A DNA stretch of 64,000 bases from the human T2T-CHM13v2.0 reference genome, Homo sapiens (GCF_009914755.1 NC_060928.1); one strand, 5' to 3'; counted from the stretch's first letter, positions 36,390-50,403 are shown. Notes: generated from the letters alone by a model not told the origin. Program-made: numbers and translations.

Positions 36390-36690
36390 ATAACAGCCAG
36401 ATTATCAAAATACACACCAATAGTCAAGTGGATAAATTGGAGTACATTTACAACATGGAATACTATATAGCAGTGAGGATGAACCATTTGTTAACTACCC
36501 AATTGTACCAATGACTGTCACAAACATAAGGCTGAATAAAAGAAGCCAGACACAAAAGAGTATGCACAATATGATTCCATCTATGCAAAGTGAAAAAAAA
36601 CCAACAAATAACAACAGGCAAACAAAACTTTAGTGAAAGTAATCTATCCTAGAGTCAGAATAACCGTTAGCCTTCAGGAAGTATAAGGAT
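36390..36690 (+). mobile_element. L1MC/ME 3' fragment
   Basis: GGATAAATTG...ATGGAATACTAT...AGAAGCCAGACACAAAAGAGTA. Confidence 0.6.
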
Positions 36691-36929
36691 TTTTGTTATA
36701 AAATAACACATCCTTAAAATGGTTGACACGGTCCTGCATGATTTTGGTCTCTGCTTACCTCCTCAGCTTTATCTTGAACAGTCCTTTGCCTCACTAACTA
36801 TATTTTACCTATATAATCTGTAGTAATGCAGAAATAAATTTACACGATGAAGATTTCATTTGTTGTGACAGTTTCAAACTGAACCCTCAAATTCTCTCGG
36901 GGAAGGCCCCTGTAGACTTTCAACCAGTT

Positions 36930-39220
36930 TGCAATAAAGCAAGTCACACAAATTTTTTGGTTTACCAGTGCAAATAAAAGCTGTGTTACACTATACTAGA
37001 GTCTATTAAGTATGCAATAGCATTACATCTAAGAAAACAATTTAAGAATGTTTTACTGCTAAAAAGTGCTAACAATCATCTGGGCCTTTAGTGAGTCATA
37101 ACCTTTTTGCTGGTGTAAGGTCTTGCCTTAATGTTGATGGCTACTGACTGATCAGGGTGGTGTCGCTGAAGGTTTGGGTGGCTGTAGAAATTTCTTAAAA
37201 TAAGACAACAATGATGGTTGCCACAATGATTGACTCTTCCTTTCATGGAAAATTCATCTGTAGCATGCAATGCTGTTTAGTAGTATTTTACTTAAGGCAA
37301 AACTTTCAAAATTGGAGTTGGTCCTTTCAGACCCTGCCATTACTTTTTCAACTAAGTTGATGTAATATTCTAAATCCTTTGTTGTCATTTTGACAATGTG
37401 TTCACAGCATCTTTACCAGGAGTAGATTCAACCTCAAGAAACTACTTTCTTTGCTCATCAATAAGATGCAACTCCTCATCAGTTTAAGTTTTATCCATGA
37501 GACTGCAGCAATTCAGTCACATCTTTTAGGCTCCAATTCTAATTCTAGTTCTCTTGCTATTTCCAATGCATCTGCAGTTACTTTCTCAACTGAAGTCTTG
37601 AACCTCTCAAAGTCATCAATGCAGACTGGAATCAACTTCTTCCAAACTCTTGTTAATGTTCGTATTTTGACCTTCTCACATGAATCATAAATGTTCTTAA
37701 TGACATCTGGGATGAATCTTTTCCAGAAGATTTTCAATTTACTTTGCCCAGTTCCATCAGAGGAATCACTATGGCAGCTAATGCCTTATGAAATGTATAT
37801 CTTAAATAATAAGAATTGAAAGTTAAAATAACTCCTTCATCTATAAGCTGCAGAACAGATGTTGTATCAGCAAACATGAAAACATTAATTTCCTTGTACA
37901 TCTCCATCAAAGCTCTTGGGTGACTAGGTACATTGTCAATGAGCAGTAATATTTTGAAATAAATCTTTTCCTCTGAGCAGTAGGTCTCAACAGTGGGATT
38001 AAAATATTCAGGGAACCATGCTTTCAACAGATGTACTCTCATCCAGGCTTTGTTCTTCCATTTATAGCACATGAGTAGAACAGATTTAGCATAATTCTTA
38101 AGGGCCCTAGGATTTTTAGAATAGTGAGTGCTGCCTTCAACTTAAAGTCACCAGCTGCATCAGCCCCTAACAAAATCAGCTTGTCTGGTGAAGTTTTCAA
38201 GCCAGGCATTGACTTCTCCTCTCTAGCTATGGAAGTCGTAGTTGGCATCTTCTTCCAGCAGAAGGCTGTTTTGTCTACACTGAAAATGTATTGCTTACTG
38301 TATCTACCCTCATCAACTATTTTTGCCAGATCTGGGTAACTTGCTACAGCTCCTCCATCAGCACTTGCTGCTTCACTGGGCTCTTTTATGTTATGAAGAT
38401 GGATTTTTTCCTTAAATCTCATGAACCAACCTCTGCTAGCTTCAAACTCTCTTCTGCAGCTTCCTCACCTCTTAGCCTTTATAGAATTCAAGAGTTAGGG
38501 TCTTACTGTGGATTAGGCTTTGACTTAAGGGAATGTTGTGGCTGGTTTGATTTTCTATCCAGAACATTCTTTCTCCATATTAGCAATAAGGCTGTTTTGC
38601 TTTCTTATCATTCATGTGTTCACTAGAGTAGCACTTTTAATTTCCTTCAGGAACTTTTCCATTAGAACAAGAGGTTAGCTTTTGGCCTATTTTGGCTTTC
38701 AACACGCCCCCCCCCCCCTTTTAAGCTCAGTCCTTTCTAGCTTTTGAGTTAAAGTGAGAGATGTGAGACACTTCCTTTCACTTGGACACTTAGAGACCAT
38801 TGTCAAGTTACTAAATGGCCTAATTTCAATATTGTTGTGTCTCAACCAATAAGGAGGCCCAAGGAGAGGGAGGGAGATGGGAAACGGCTGGTTAGGTGCT
38901 GGAGTAGTCAGAACACACACAGTTATCGATTGGGTTTGCCATCTTACATGGGCTTAAGTTCGTGGGGACCCATAACAATGACAATAGTAGCATCAAAGAT
39001 TATTGATCACAGATGACCGTAACAGGTATAATATTGGTGAAAAAGTTTGAAGTTTGAAATACTACAAGAATTACCAAAATATGACAGTGACATAAAATGA
39101 GCACATGCTGCTGGAAAAATGGCACTGATAGACTTGCTCAATGCAGAGTTGCCACAAATCTTCGATTTGTAAAAACACAGTATTTATCAAAGAGAAGTGC
39201 AATAAAATGAGGTATGTCTG
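36930..39220 (-). mobile_element. Tigger1 copy 2, near full length
   Basis: TIR GAGGTATGTCTG+TA at 39220; transposase ORFs 38039..38422, 37734..38072 ([10 protein letters not shown]), 37513..37737 on minus strand. Confidence 0.92.
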
Positions 39221-39616
39221 TAGTGTAAGGAATAGTTAAAGCCCTAGATTCTTACCTGCCCCCAGTGTGAGCAGGCAGTTGATGGTTTCCTTTCCCACTC
39301 TTATAGAAAACTAAGGTCTTACCAGTTAGACAGATTAAAGAGGGTCTAGATTCAGGTAAAACAAGACTAGATGGCAGCACCTGAATATAAAGCGAACTGT
39401 ACAACTGGACATTTAACAGTAAAATCTCACCTCCCTTCCTCTTGCTCAGCTACGAGAACACTGACTCCTAGGCAGATCACTTTGTAGTTTCCTACAAATC
39501 TCACCTCCCATCCCTTGCCACGTGCCCCAGGCCAGAGAATGCATTATTATTTTATGGGCAAAATGAAAATCCGTAAGAAAAGACCTATACATAATGATGT
39601 GTGAATGTCCTCAATT

Positions 39617-39922
39617 TAACATTTATTGATTGACTGAATGACTATTTTGTGCAGGGCACTATTCTCATTGGTTGGAATATATCAGTGAAACCAAGAACAA
39701 CAACAAAATCCCTGTTCTCTTGTAAGTGATGTTCTAGTAATAAACGTAATCGATAAGTGATTACATAGCATATAAGTATAAAAAGTGCATGGGAAAAAAA
39801 CAGAGCAGGAAAAGACAGAGCTGAAGTATTAGGGGCAGATGTGTACAGCTTTAAATAAGGTGGTCAGAATAGGCCTCAATGAGAAAGTGATGTGTGCAAA
39901 GACTGGAAGGAGGTGAGGCTTC
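39617..39922 (-). mobile_element. L2 3' fragment
   Basis: AACATTTATTGA...GTGCAGGGCACTATTCT...GGTGGTCAGAATAGGCCTC. Confidence 0.65.
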
Positions 39923-40277
39923 CAGACTGGCTACACTATAGGAGGCCCACCAAGAACAAATTCTATGAACACAAATGGTTCCAAACTTATTATCTGTGCC
40001 TCACTCTTAAATAAGAGAAAATAGTCAAGGATCTCCTGGTATGTAAGAAACAAGACAAAATAAGACAGAAATTGAAAGCAGCAAGCAAACAAAGACAAAA
40101 AAAGGAACTCCAAAGAGAGGCAGTGAAGGAAGTACAAGAATTTAAAAAACAAAAACAAAGCATCATTAATATCCTCAGTGATATAACATATTGCATCCAT
40201 GAAACAAGAACAGAATGTTAATTTTTAAAATGGTCAAAGAACAAGAAGAAGTCTTAGAAATTTATATATACAAATGA

Positions 40278-40709
<432 letters not shown>

Positions 40710-41937
40710 AAAAACTTCTTAATTTAATAGAAGTTAAATGAATTGGAAGACAGGAAAACAAAAGAAGTAGAAAATGAGAAAATTAGGGGTCTAATGCAGG
40801 AGGTTATCATAGCTAATAAATGTGAATTCAGATAGAGAGCACAGAGAAAACTATTAAAAACTATCAAAGAACACAAGAGTGTCTCCAGGACTCAGGGACA
40901 GGTATCTTCAAATTGATAGAAACCATTGAGCACCCTGCACAATAAAGGAAACACATATGCAATAAGGCACAGCATCATGAATTTTCAGAATATCAAGGAT
41001 AAGGAGATTATAAAAGCTACTTGAGAGAAAAATAGATCACATGCAAAGCATCAGAAATTAAAAGTGGCATTGTATTTCTCAACATTTACGCCAAAACTAT
41101 GAGGCAATGGAGAATGTGTTTAAAATTCTGAGAGCAAATTATTTCCAAACTAGAATTCCATACCTAGCCAAATCATCCCTTGAGGGTGAGATTAAAATAA
41201 AGTTTTCAGTCATGCAAGGTTTCAACAATTTACCTCCCATGTGGAGGATGTAGTCCACCAATAAAGGAAGTAAACCAAGAATGATGAAGACCTGGGATCC
41301 AGAAATAAGAGGTCTCCCAAAAGAAAAAGTGAAGGAAATTCCCAGGATGATCTTAAAGGGATGTCTTAAGAATACAGCTGTGTCTGAGAAGCAGACACCA
41401 AGACAGGGTTAGAAATACAAGAAATTTAGTAGGGGAAATATCTGTAAGAGAAAATGGGGAGGGAGCCAGGGGAAGCTGAAAGAGCTGTTAGATGGTGTGA
41501 TGGTTAATACCGAGTGTCAACTTAATTGGATTGGGGGATACAAAGTATTAATCCTGGGTGTGCCTGTGTGTGTGTTGCCAAAAGAGATTAACATTTGAGT
41601 TAGTGGTCTGAGGAAGGCAGATCCAGCCTTAATCTGGTGGGCACAATCTAATCAGCTTCCAGCGAATATAAAGCAGGCAGAAAAATGTGAAAAGGAGAGA
41701 CGAGCCTAGCCTCCCAGCCTGCATCTTTCTCCCATGATGGATGCTTCCTGCCTTCGAACATAGGACTCCCAAGTTGCTCAGTTTTGAGACTTGGGCTGGT
41801 TCTCCTTGCTCTTCAGCTTGCAGACAGCCTATTGTGGTACCTTGTGTGTAACTTAATGCTTAAGAAACTCATATCATATATATACATATCTCCCATTAGC
41901 TCTTTCCCTCAAAAAGAACCATGACTAATACAGCTTT

Positions 41938-41952
41938 TGGTACCAGGAGTGG
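41938..41952 (+). promoter_or_regulatory. Primer-binding site, tRNA-Leu(TAA)
   Basis: TGGTACCAGGAGTGG, complementary to the tRNA-Leu 3' end ...CCACUCCUGGUACCA, 5 nt after the 5' LTR. Confidence 0.9.
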
Positions 41953-44900
41953 TTCTAGAGGAACAGAATATTAAGGATGGGGTTGTTTCATTGGTTTTGA
42001 GGTTTCTGGAGTTGGCTGCTTAATATGATTAGACCCAAAACTGCTAAGGACTCTACTTCAAATAGTATGGAAAATACTGATAGTCCTTGGTGTAAACTGT
42101 TTAGAGAGTTATGCAAAATAAATGTGTTTGACACTTGATTCACCACTCTTGAGCGGCAAGGAGTTTAATGACACTACACATAATACCTTTGACCATATGT
42201 GGAGAACCAAGGAACATAATGAAGCTGGTTGGTTGCTCCTAAGTTCAGTGGACAAAGTGATGAAAGAAAATGATGAACTCAGGGATTCTAACTCCTGGCT
42301 TCAGAAGCAGGTATTAACCCCTCAAATCTGCTAAGACTGCCCTAAGTGGGAGTCTTAACTCCTGTAGAGAAAAAGCTGAAATTGTGGAAAAACAGACACA
42401 ATCTCTTACCATGTGAGTGGCTGACCTGCAACGAAAGATGCATGTACAGCCTCGCCAGGTGTCTACTGTTAAAGTGAGGGCATTGATTGGAAAAGAATGG
42501 GACCCTGAAACTTGGAATTAGGAAGAGTGGGAGGACTCTGATGAAGCTGGGGACACTGAGTTCGTAAACTCTGATGAGGTTTTTTGCCAGAAGAAAGAGC
42601 TTCACCATCCCCAGTAGTGGCAACATCCCCTCCCCGACCCACACTGCCATCAGTCTTTCCACCTTTGTCTGAGAAGATAAACCCTGTGCTGCCTGAAGCA
42701 ACAGTTATGATCTGAGGTAGCTGCCAGGCAAGAAAATGTTGATTCTCCTCAGGAGCCACCCCCGACACCCTTGTTTGCTTCTAGACCTATAATTAGACTA
42801 AAGTCCTGGCAGGACCCTGGAGGTGAAGTTGAGAGTGTGATCCATGAGGAGGTGCACTACAACTGAAAAGAACTGTTTGAGTTCTCTAATTAATATAAAC
42901 AGAAATCTAGAGAACAAGCATGGGAATGGATATTAAAGGTATGGATAATGGTGGAAGGAACATAAGAGTTGTATCAGGCTGAATTTATTGATTTGGGCCC
43001 AGTAAGTAGGGACTCTGCTTTTAATGTTGCAGCTCAAGGAGTTAAAAAAGGTTCTAATAGGTTATTTCCTTGGTTAGCTGAAATATGGATTAAAAAATGG
43101 CCCACTGTGAGAGAGGTGGAAATACCTGATCTCCCTTTGTTTAATGTAGAGGAAGGGATCCAAAAGCTTAGGGAGATTGGGATGGGGTAGTGGATTAGTC
43201 ACTTTAGACCTACTCATCCCAGCTGGGAGGGTCCAGAAGATATACCCTTGACCAATGCCTTGCAAAACAGATTTGTGAGGGCAGCACCCCCATTTTTGAA
43301 GAGCCCTATAATTGCTCTTCTCTGTATGTCAGATCTAACGATGAGAACCACGGTCACTCAACTACAAAATTTAAATAAAATGGGAATAATTGAATCCCAA
43401 GGTGGCAGGCGCTAAGTGGCAGCACTCAATCATCAAAGGCAAGGTAGGCATAGCTACTGTAATGGACAGCAGAGGCAAAGCAGCAATCAGAATAGTCTGA
43501 CTTGTGTAGAGCTTTGGCATTGGCTAATTAATCATGGTGTTCCTAGAAGTGAAATTGATAGGAAGCCTACTGCATTCCTACTTAACTTATACAAACAGAA
43601 AACTTCTAGGTCGAATGGACAAAGGACTAATCTGAATTATAAAAACAGAGAATCACAGCCTCTCAATTTCCAGACTTGAGCCAGTTTACAGACCAGAACC
43701 CCTTGAATGAAGGAGAGGCCAGGTCCCCTTGGGGAAGGACCCCACTACATTACCAACAATTTATACAGTGAATCTTTCTCCCATCCTTCCCCAAGAAGAC
43801 CTCTGGCCTTGTACCAAGGTAACTGCACTGGGGAAAGGGAAATAATCAGGCATTTTGGGGACTACTGGACACTGGCTCTGAGCTGACATTGATTCCAGGG
43901 GACCCAAAGAGTCATTTCGGTCCTCCAGTTAAAGCAGTTAAAGTAGGGGCTTACAGAGGTCAGGTAATTAATGGAGTTTTAGCTTAGGTCTGACTTACAC
44001 TGGGTCCAGTGGGTCCCCAGACTCATCCTGTGGTCATTTCCCCAGTGCCAGAATGCATAATTGGCATAGACATACTTAGCAGCTGGCAGAACCCCCACAT
44101 TGGCTCCCTGACTGGTAGGGTGAGAACTATCATGGTGGGAAAGGCCAAATGGAAGCCAATAGAGCTACCTTTACTTAGAAAAATAGTAAATCAAAAACAG
44201 TATCACATCCCTGGAGGGGTTGCAAAGATTAGTGCCACCATCAAGGACTTGAAGGACGTGGGGGTGGTAATTCCCACCACATCCCCGTTCAACTCTCCCA
44301 TCTGGCCTGTGCAGAAGACAGATGGATCCTGGAGAAAGTGGATTATCGTAAGCTTAACCAAGTGGTGACTCCAATTGCAGCTGCTGTACCAGATGTGGTT
44401 TCATTGCTTGAGCATATTAATATATCCCCTGGTATCTGGTATCCAACCATTGACTTGGCAAATGCCTTTTTCTCCATTCCTGTCCATAAGGCCCACCAGA
44501 AGCAATTTGCCTTCAGCTAGCAAGGCCAGCAATTTACCTTACTGTCCTACCTCACGGGTATATCAACTCTCTGGCTTTGTGTCATAATCTTATTCGAAGA
44601 GACCTTGATCACTTTTCCCTTCCACAAGATATCACACTGGTCCATTACATTGATGACATTGTGCTGACTGGATCCAGTGAGCAAGAAGTAGCAAATACAC
44701 TGGACTTATTGGTGAGACATTTGCATGCCAGAGGATGGGAAATAAATCCAACTAAAATTCCGGGACCGTCGACCTCAGTAAAATTTCTAGGGGTCCAGTT
44801 GTGTGGGTCTTGTTAAGATATTCCTTCTAAGGTGAAGGATAAGTTGCTGCATTTGGCCCCTCCTACAACCAAGAAAGAGGCACGACACCTAGTGGGTCTA

Positions 44901-47530
44901 ATTGGATTCTGAAGGCAACACATTTCTCATTTGAATGTGTTACTCCAGCCCACTTATCGAGTGACCTGAAAGGCTGACAGTTTTGAGTGGGGTCCAGAAC
45001 AGGAGAAGGCTCTGCAACAGGTCCAGGCTGCTGTGCAAGCTGCTCTGCCACTTGGGCCATATAACTCAGCAGATCCAATAGTGCTTGAGGTATCAGTGGC
45101 AGATAGGGATGCTGTTTGGAGCCTTTGGCAGGCCCCCATAGTGAATCACAGTGGAGGCCTCTTGGATTTCACAGCAAGGGCCTGCCATCTTTTGCAAATA
45201 ACTACTCTCCTTTTGAGAGACATCTCTTGACTGGGCTTTGGTGGAAACTGAATGTTTGACTATGGGTCATCAAGTCACCATGCAACCTGAACTGACTATC
45301 ATGAACTGGGCGCTTTCTGACCCATCTAACTATAAAGTGGGTTGTGCACAGCAGCATTCCATTATCAAATGGAAGTGGTATATACGTGATCAGGCTCGAG
45401 CAGGTCCGGAAGGCACAAGTTACATGAGGAAGTGGCTCGAATGCCCATGTTCTCCACTCCTGCCACCCTGACATCTCTCCCCCAGCCTGCACCGATGGCC
45501 TCATGGGAGTTTCCTATGATCAACTGGCAGAGGAAGAGAAGACCAGGACCTGGTTCACAGATGGTTCTGCATGATATGCAGGCACCACCTGCAAGTGGAC
45601 AGCTGCAGCACTACAGCCCCTTTCTAGGACATCCCTGAAGGACAGCGGTGAAAGGAAATCTTCCCAGTGGGCAGAACTTCGAGCAGTGCACCTGATCATG
45701 CACTTTGCATGGAAGGAGAAATGGCCGGATGTACAATTATACACTGATTCATGGGCTGTAGCCAATGGATCGGCTGGATGGTCAGGGACTTGGAAGAATC
45801 ATGATTGGAAAATTGGTGACCAAGAAATTTAGGGAAGAGGTATGTGGATGGGCCTCTCTTGAGTGGTCAAAAGCTGAATATATTTGTATCCCATATGAGT
45901 GCTCGCCAACAAGTGACCTCAGCAAAGAAGGAGTTTAATAATCACATGGATAGGATGACCCGTTCTGTGGACACCACACAACCTCTTTCCCCAGCCACCA
46001 CTGTCATCGCCCAATGGGCCCATGAACAAAGCAGCCATGGTAGCAGGAATGGAGGTTACACATGGGCTCAGCAACATGGACTTCCACTCACCAAGGCTGA
46101 CGTGGCTACGGCCACTGATGAATGCCCAATTTGCCAGCAGCAGAGACCAACACTGAGCCCTTGATGTGGCACCATTCCTCAGAGTGATCAGCCAGCTACC
46201 TGGTGGCAGGTTGATTATATTGGACTTCTTCCATCATGGAAACGGCAGAGGTTTGTCTTCACTGGAATAGACACTTACCAGATATGGTTTTGCCTATCCT
46301 GCATGCAATGCTTCTGCCAAGACTACCAACCGTGGACTCACAGAATGCCTTATCCATTGTCATGGTATTCCACACAGCATTGCCTCTGACTTTACAGCTA
46401 AAGAAGTATGGCAGTGGGCACATGCTCATGGAATTCACTGGTCTTACCATGTTCCCCATCATCCTGAAGCAGCTGGATAGACAGAATGGTGGAATAGCCT
46501 TTTGAAGTCACAATCACAATGCCAACTAGATGACAATACTTTGCAGGACTGGGGCAAAGTTCTCCAGAAGGCTGTGTATGCTCTGAATCAGGGTCCAATA
46601 TATGGTACAGTTTCTCCCATAGCCAGGATTCACAGTTCCAGGAATCAAGGGGTGGAAGTGAAAATGGTACCACCATCACCCCTGGTGATCCACTGGCAAC
46701 ATTTTTGCTTCCTGTTCCCACGACATTACGTTCTGCTGGCCTAGACGTCTTAGTTTCAGAGGGAGGAACGCTGCCACCTGGAGACACAACAACGATTCCA
46801 TTAAACTGGAAGTTAAGATTGCCACCTGTACACTTTGGGCTCCTCTTACCTTTAAGTCAATAGGCTAAAAAGGGAGTTACAGTGTTGGCTGGGATGACTG
46901 ACCTGGACTATCAAGATGAAATCAGTCTACTACTCCACAATGGAAGTAAGGAAGAATATGCATGGAATACAGGAGATCCATTAGGACATCTCTTAATATT
47001 ACTATGCCCTGTGATTAAGGTCAATGGGAAACTACAACAGCCCAATCCAGGCAGGACTACAAATGACCCAGACCCTTCAGGAACAAAGCTTTGGGTCACT
47101 CCACCAGGAAAAAAAATCCATGACCTGATGAGGTGCTTGCTGAAGGCAAAGGGAATACAGAACGGGTAGTAGAAGAAGGCAGTCATCAATACCAGCTACA
47201 ATCTTGTGACCAGCTGCAGAAATGAGGACTGTAACTGTCATGAGTTCCTTCTGCTTTTGTTAAAAACATGTTTATGCATGTATAGACTTGTACTAAGAAA
47301 ATATCTTCATTTTATTTCCTTTTCCTTTATCAAGTGACGTAAGATTTACAGACTTCACATCAGCATTTAAGTATTGTTAACTTCATGTATGTACTAGTAT
47401 TTGGGTTGGGGATTGATGCATTTCTGGTTGTACGAAGGATAGTTGTATTATGTTAGGCATAATTATGACCCAATATTGTCTTTATATGAAGATTATGTAG
47501 GATCTCAGCAGATACATATAGGTTCAAGTT

Positions 47531-47545
47531 GACAAGGGGTAGACT
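47531..47545 (+). promoter_or_regulatory. Polypurine tract of HERV-L
   Basis: GACAAGGGGTAGACT immediately before the 3' LTR. Confidence 0.8.
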
Positions 47546-47929
47546 TGCGATGGTTAATACTGAAAGTCAACTTGATTGGATTGAGGGATACAAAGTATTA
47601 ATCCTGGGTATGCCTGTGTCGGTGTTACCAAAAGAGATTAACATCTGAGTCATTGGGCTGAGAAAGGCAGATCCACCCTTAATCTAGTGGGCACAATCTA
47701 ATCAGCTTCCAGTGAATATAAAGCAGGCAGAAAAAATATGAAAAGGAGAGATGGGCCTAGGCTCCCAGCCTGCATCTTTCTCCTGAGCTGGATGCCTCCT
47801 GCCCTTGAACATCAGACTGCAAGTTCTTTAGTTTTGGGACTCTGACTGGCTCTCCTTGCTCCTCAGCTTGCAGACAGCCTATTGTGGGACCTTGTGATTC
47901 TGTAAGTTAACACTTAACAAACTCTCCTT

Positions 47930-47990
<61 letters not shown>

Positions 47991-48418
47991 CCCACATACA
48001 TATCCTATATATATTATAACAAGGATATGTATTATATATAATATCCTATATACAGGATAAAAATTATATGTATATAATCCTATTAGTTCTGTCCCTCTAA
48101 GAGAAACCTGACTAATACAGATGGTGATGCAGGTTCGACCCAGGGGACAGGGAAGGAAGGCAGGCTGGGTGGATGTGTGTTAGGCTGCAGTGCCGGTCTA
48201 AGGAAAATCTGATGAAACTGTCTGTCAGATGACTCAACGTCTCCCAGGAATGAGCCTGCTTTAGTGTCCCTGTTGTGCTCAGCCACTGACTGGGTCAGAA
48301 TGTGGGAAGCATGGCCTTGGAACAAACATGGTGATGGATTTCAGAGAGCAGCAGCTGGAGCCATCAGTCAGTTACTGTTTGTGGGCAGAGATCTGAGAGG
48401 AACATTCTCATGGACACC

Positions 48419-49320
48419 TGTGGCGACTTTGTAATGTGTCAACTCAAGCTAGTCTAAAGTACATTTCTCAAGACTCCCTTACCCACAATTCTGGTTAGGT
48501 GAGACACAAGAGTTCTTTTCATGCAAGATTTGGAAAGCAGGATGTGAGGGCAATCCGGCTGCGACATCTGTCACCCCACTAATCACCAGAGTTGATTTCA
48601 GCTGATCTAGCTGGCTAGATTGGTATTAACTTCCTCCCTCACTGCTCTGTGTGCATCTCTCCCAAAGCTGTGTGCTTGGTCAAAGAGGACGACCCTCCCT
48701 AATAGAGGAGGACCACTCTTTGGTCAAGAATATACGAGTAGCTGTGCTTCCCTCACAGAATCCCCAAACAAGCTCTCAAGATTTTGGAGAGCAAAAGAGA
48801 GGCAGCAGCCATTTTATTTTTACATTCAAGACAAGCAGGCGCTTTTATAGATCATATACATTGTCATTATCTACTGCTTCACACCATTGTCATGGGGCAG
48901 GAGCCAGGCCTACAACTGACCCTCATTCCCTTAGATCTTCCTGCAGGCTCTCCAACTCCTAGGTCAGGTGAGTGTTTAGCTCTAAGAAAAAAGAAATCAA
49001 CTTCTTCTGCAGGACACTTGTCACAAGATTGGAGGCAGTGAACATGAATGATTCCAGTTCATCTTCATGGGTTCCAGCCTGTGCTCATAGGTTCCAGATT
49101 GTTTTTGTTCCCCACCACTTTACATAAATCTTCACTTTCAACTTCCTGCCCTATGGACTTCACGCTCATCTGTTTACATCAGATGTGAAAACAACAGTCT
49201 TACAGAATTTATTTAACCAACTTCTACTTGGGAAAGGTAAAATCCCTGTAGTAAATCCCTTACTATACACCCCTGGTCTTCCTCAGCACTCTCTGCTTTT
49301 CTGATGGACCTTCCACTGGT
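48419..49320 (+). mobile_element. Old ERVL-class LTR (LTR52/LTR41-like) hosting the 7SK copy
   Basis: Starts TGTGGCGACTTTGTAATGTGTCAACT...TACATTTC; ends AAATCCCTT...CTCTGCTTTTCTGAT; family uncertain. Confidence 0.5.
48540..48780 (+). pseudogene. 7SK snRNA retropseudogene (about nt 1-240, 3'-truncated, tailless)
   Basis: GGATGTGAGGGCAATCCGGCTGCGACATCTGTCACCCC...GAGGACGACC...CCAAACAAGCTCTCAAG is colinear with 7SK; TSD CAAGATTTGGAAAGCA / CAAGATTTTGGAGAGCA. Confidence 0.95.
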
Positions 49321-49929
49321 AGCAGATGAGCTGGAAGTCCAGGAGGGATGTTACCCAGAAAAAATGTGGAACTGAGAGTTACGTATTGCTGTTTCAAGAA
49401 AGAGTTTATAATCTGTCAGAGAATTTAGACATATGTTGGTAACCAACATTTTAAAAATTAAGAAACAAGGTAAAGTATTAATTCCAGGAAAACAAAATAA
49501 TGCCTAAAAAAAATTTAAGCATTAGGACATGGTATGATTCAGGCATAAAAATACTTATGCGATCATAATAATGAAAACATGCATAATGATTTCAGCAAAT
49601 ACCACAAAAACCTACACTAGTAAGATGAAGATAAGGGAAGTAGATGAGAGAAGGAATGGGATTATAGAGCTAAATCCTGATGTGTTATAGCAGATATGAT
49701 TAGATCACAGCTTTAAATATAGATACGTACACGTTATTTAGAATTGTACACATCTAATACAGGTATCTACGTACATGCATTTAGAAATATGAAAGTAAAT
49801 ATTTCTACAATTTTTTAACAAAAATTGGCTAACATAGCTAACAGGATTGCTCCCAAAGAGTGAGGCAAGAGTGTGGGACAGGGTGAGAAGTATGATTGTT
49901 GCAAGTGCTACTGCAAATATTTCACACTA

Positions 49930-50055
49930 TTTTTTTTAAGAGATTGGGGTCTTACTATGTTGTCCAAGCTGGCCTTGAACTCCTGGGCTCAAGCAATCCT
50001 TCTGCTTCACCTCCCAAGTAGCTGGTACTATAAGCATATGCCATCATACCCAGCT
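49930..50055 (-). mobile_element. Alu left monomer (FLAM)
   Basis: Single monomer; TSD TTTCACACT / TTTCACGCT. Confidence 0.8.
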
Positions 50056-50400
50056 CTTTCACGCTTTTAACCTACATACATGTTTTACTGTAGTAAAAAG
50101 AAACATTAAATTACAAAAACTCAAAGTTAGTATAACTGAAAATAAAAAACTATGACTTAGTAAGTTAGCAAAACAAAAAAAGAAAGGCAGAAACTTAACA
50201 ATACCAAGTCTAAACTACTTCGAGTTCAAAAACAAGCACTCAATTAATGCTGAGGTACATATTCACAGTGGTAAAACTATAAAGACAATTAAGAAAGTTA
50301 ACATAAAAAGGAAGGATCATAGTTTTCCCTAAAGGGTAGGGGAAGGTTTGTGACAGGAACTGAGATACTCATAATGTTCTATTTCTTATACCAAATAGAT

Positions 50401-50403
<3 letters not shown>

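Larger units (their letters stand above)
41496..48119 (+). mobile_element. Complete HERV-L provirus (MLT2A LTR-gag-pro-RT-RNaseH-IN-dUTPase-LTR, no env), all ORFs disrupted
   Basis: LTRs 41496-41932 and 47546-48119 (TG...CA); TSD GATGG at 41491-41495 and 48120-48124; protease DTG 43868-43876; RT YIDD 44646-44657; integrase H..H..CPIC in ORF 45844..46164; dUTPase-like region about 46.7-47.0 kb. Confidence 0.96.
41379..48418. mobile_element. LTR33-like ERVL solo LTR split by the HERV-L (pieces about 41379-41495 and 48120-48418)
   Basis: GAAGCAGACACCAAGACAGGG... and GGAAGCATGGCC...GATGGATTTCAGAG...CAGCAGCTGG motifs on either side of the proviral TSD. Confidence 0.55.

Noticed and set aside
42000-47200. 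Coding-competent gag, pol or env in the HERV-L
   Set aside because: Many stops and frameshifts (longest plus-strand ORF about 119 aa); no room for env between dUTPase and PPT
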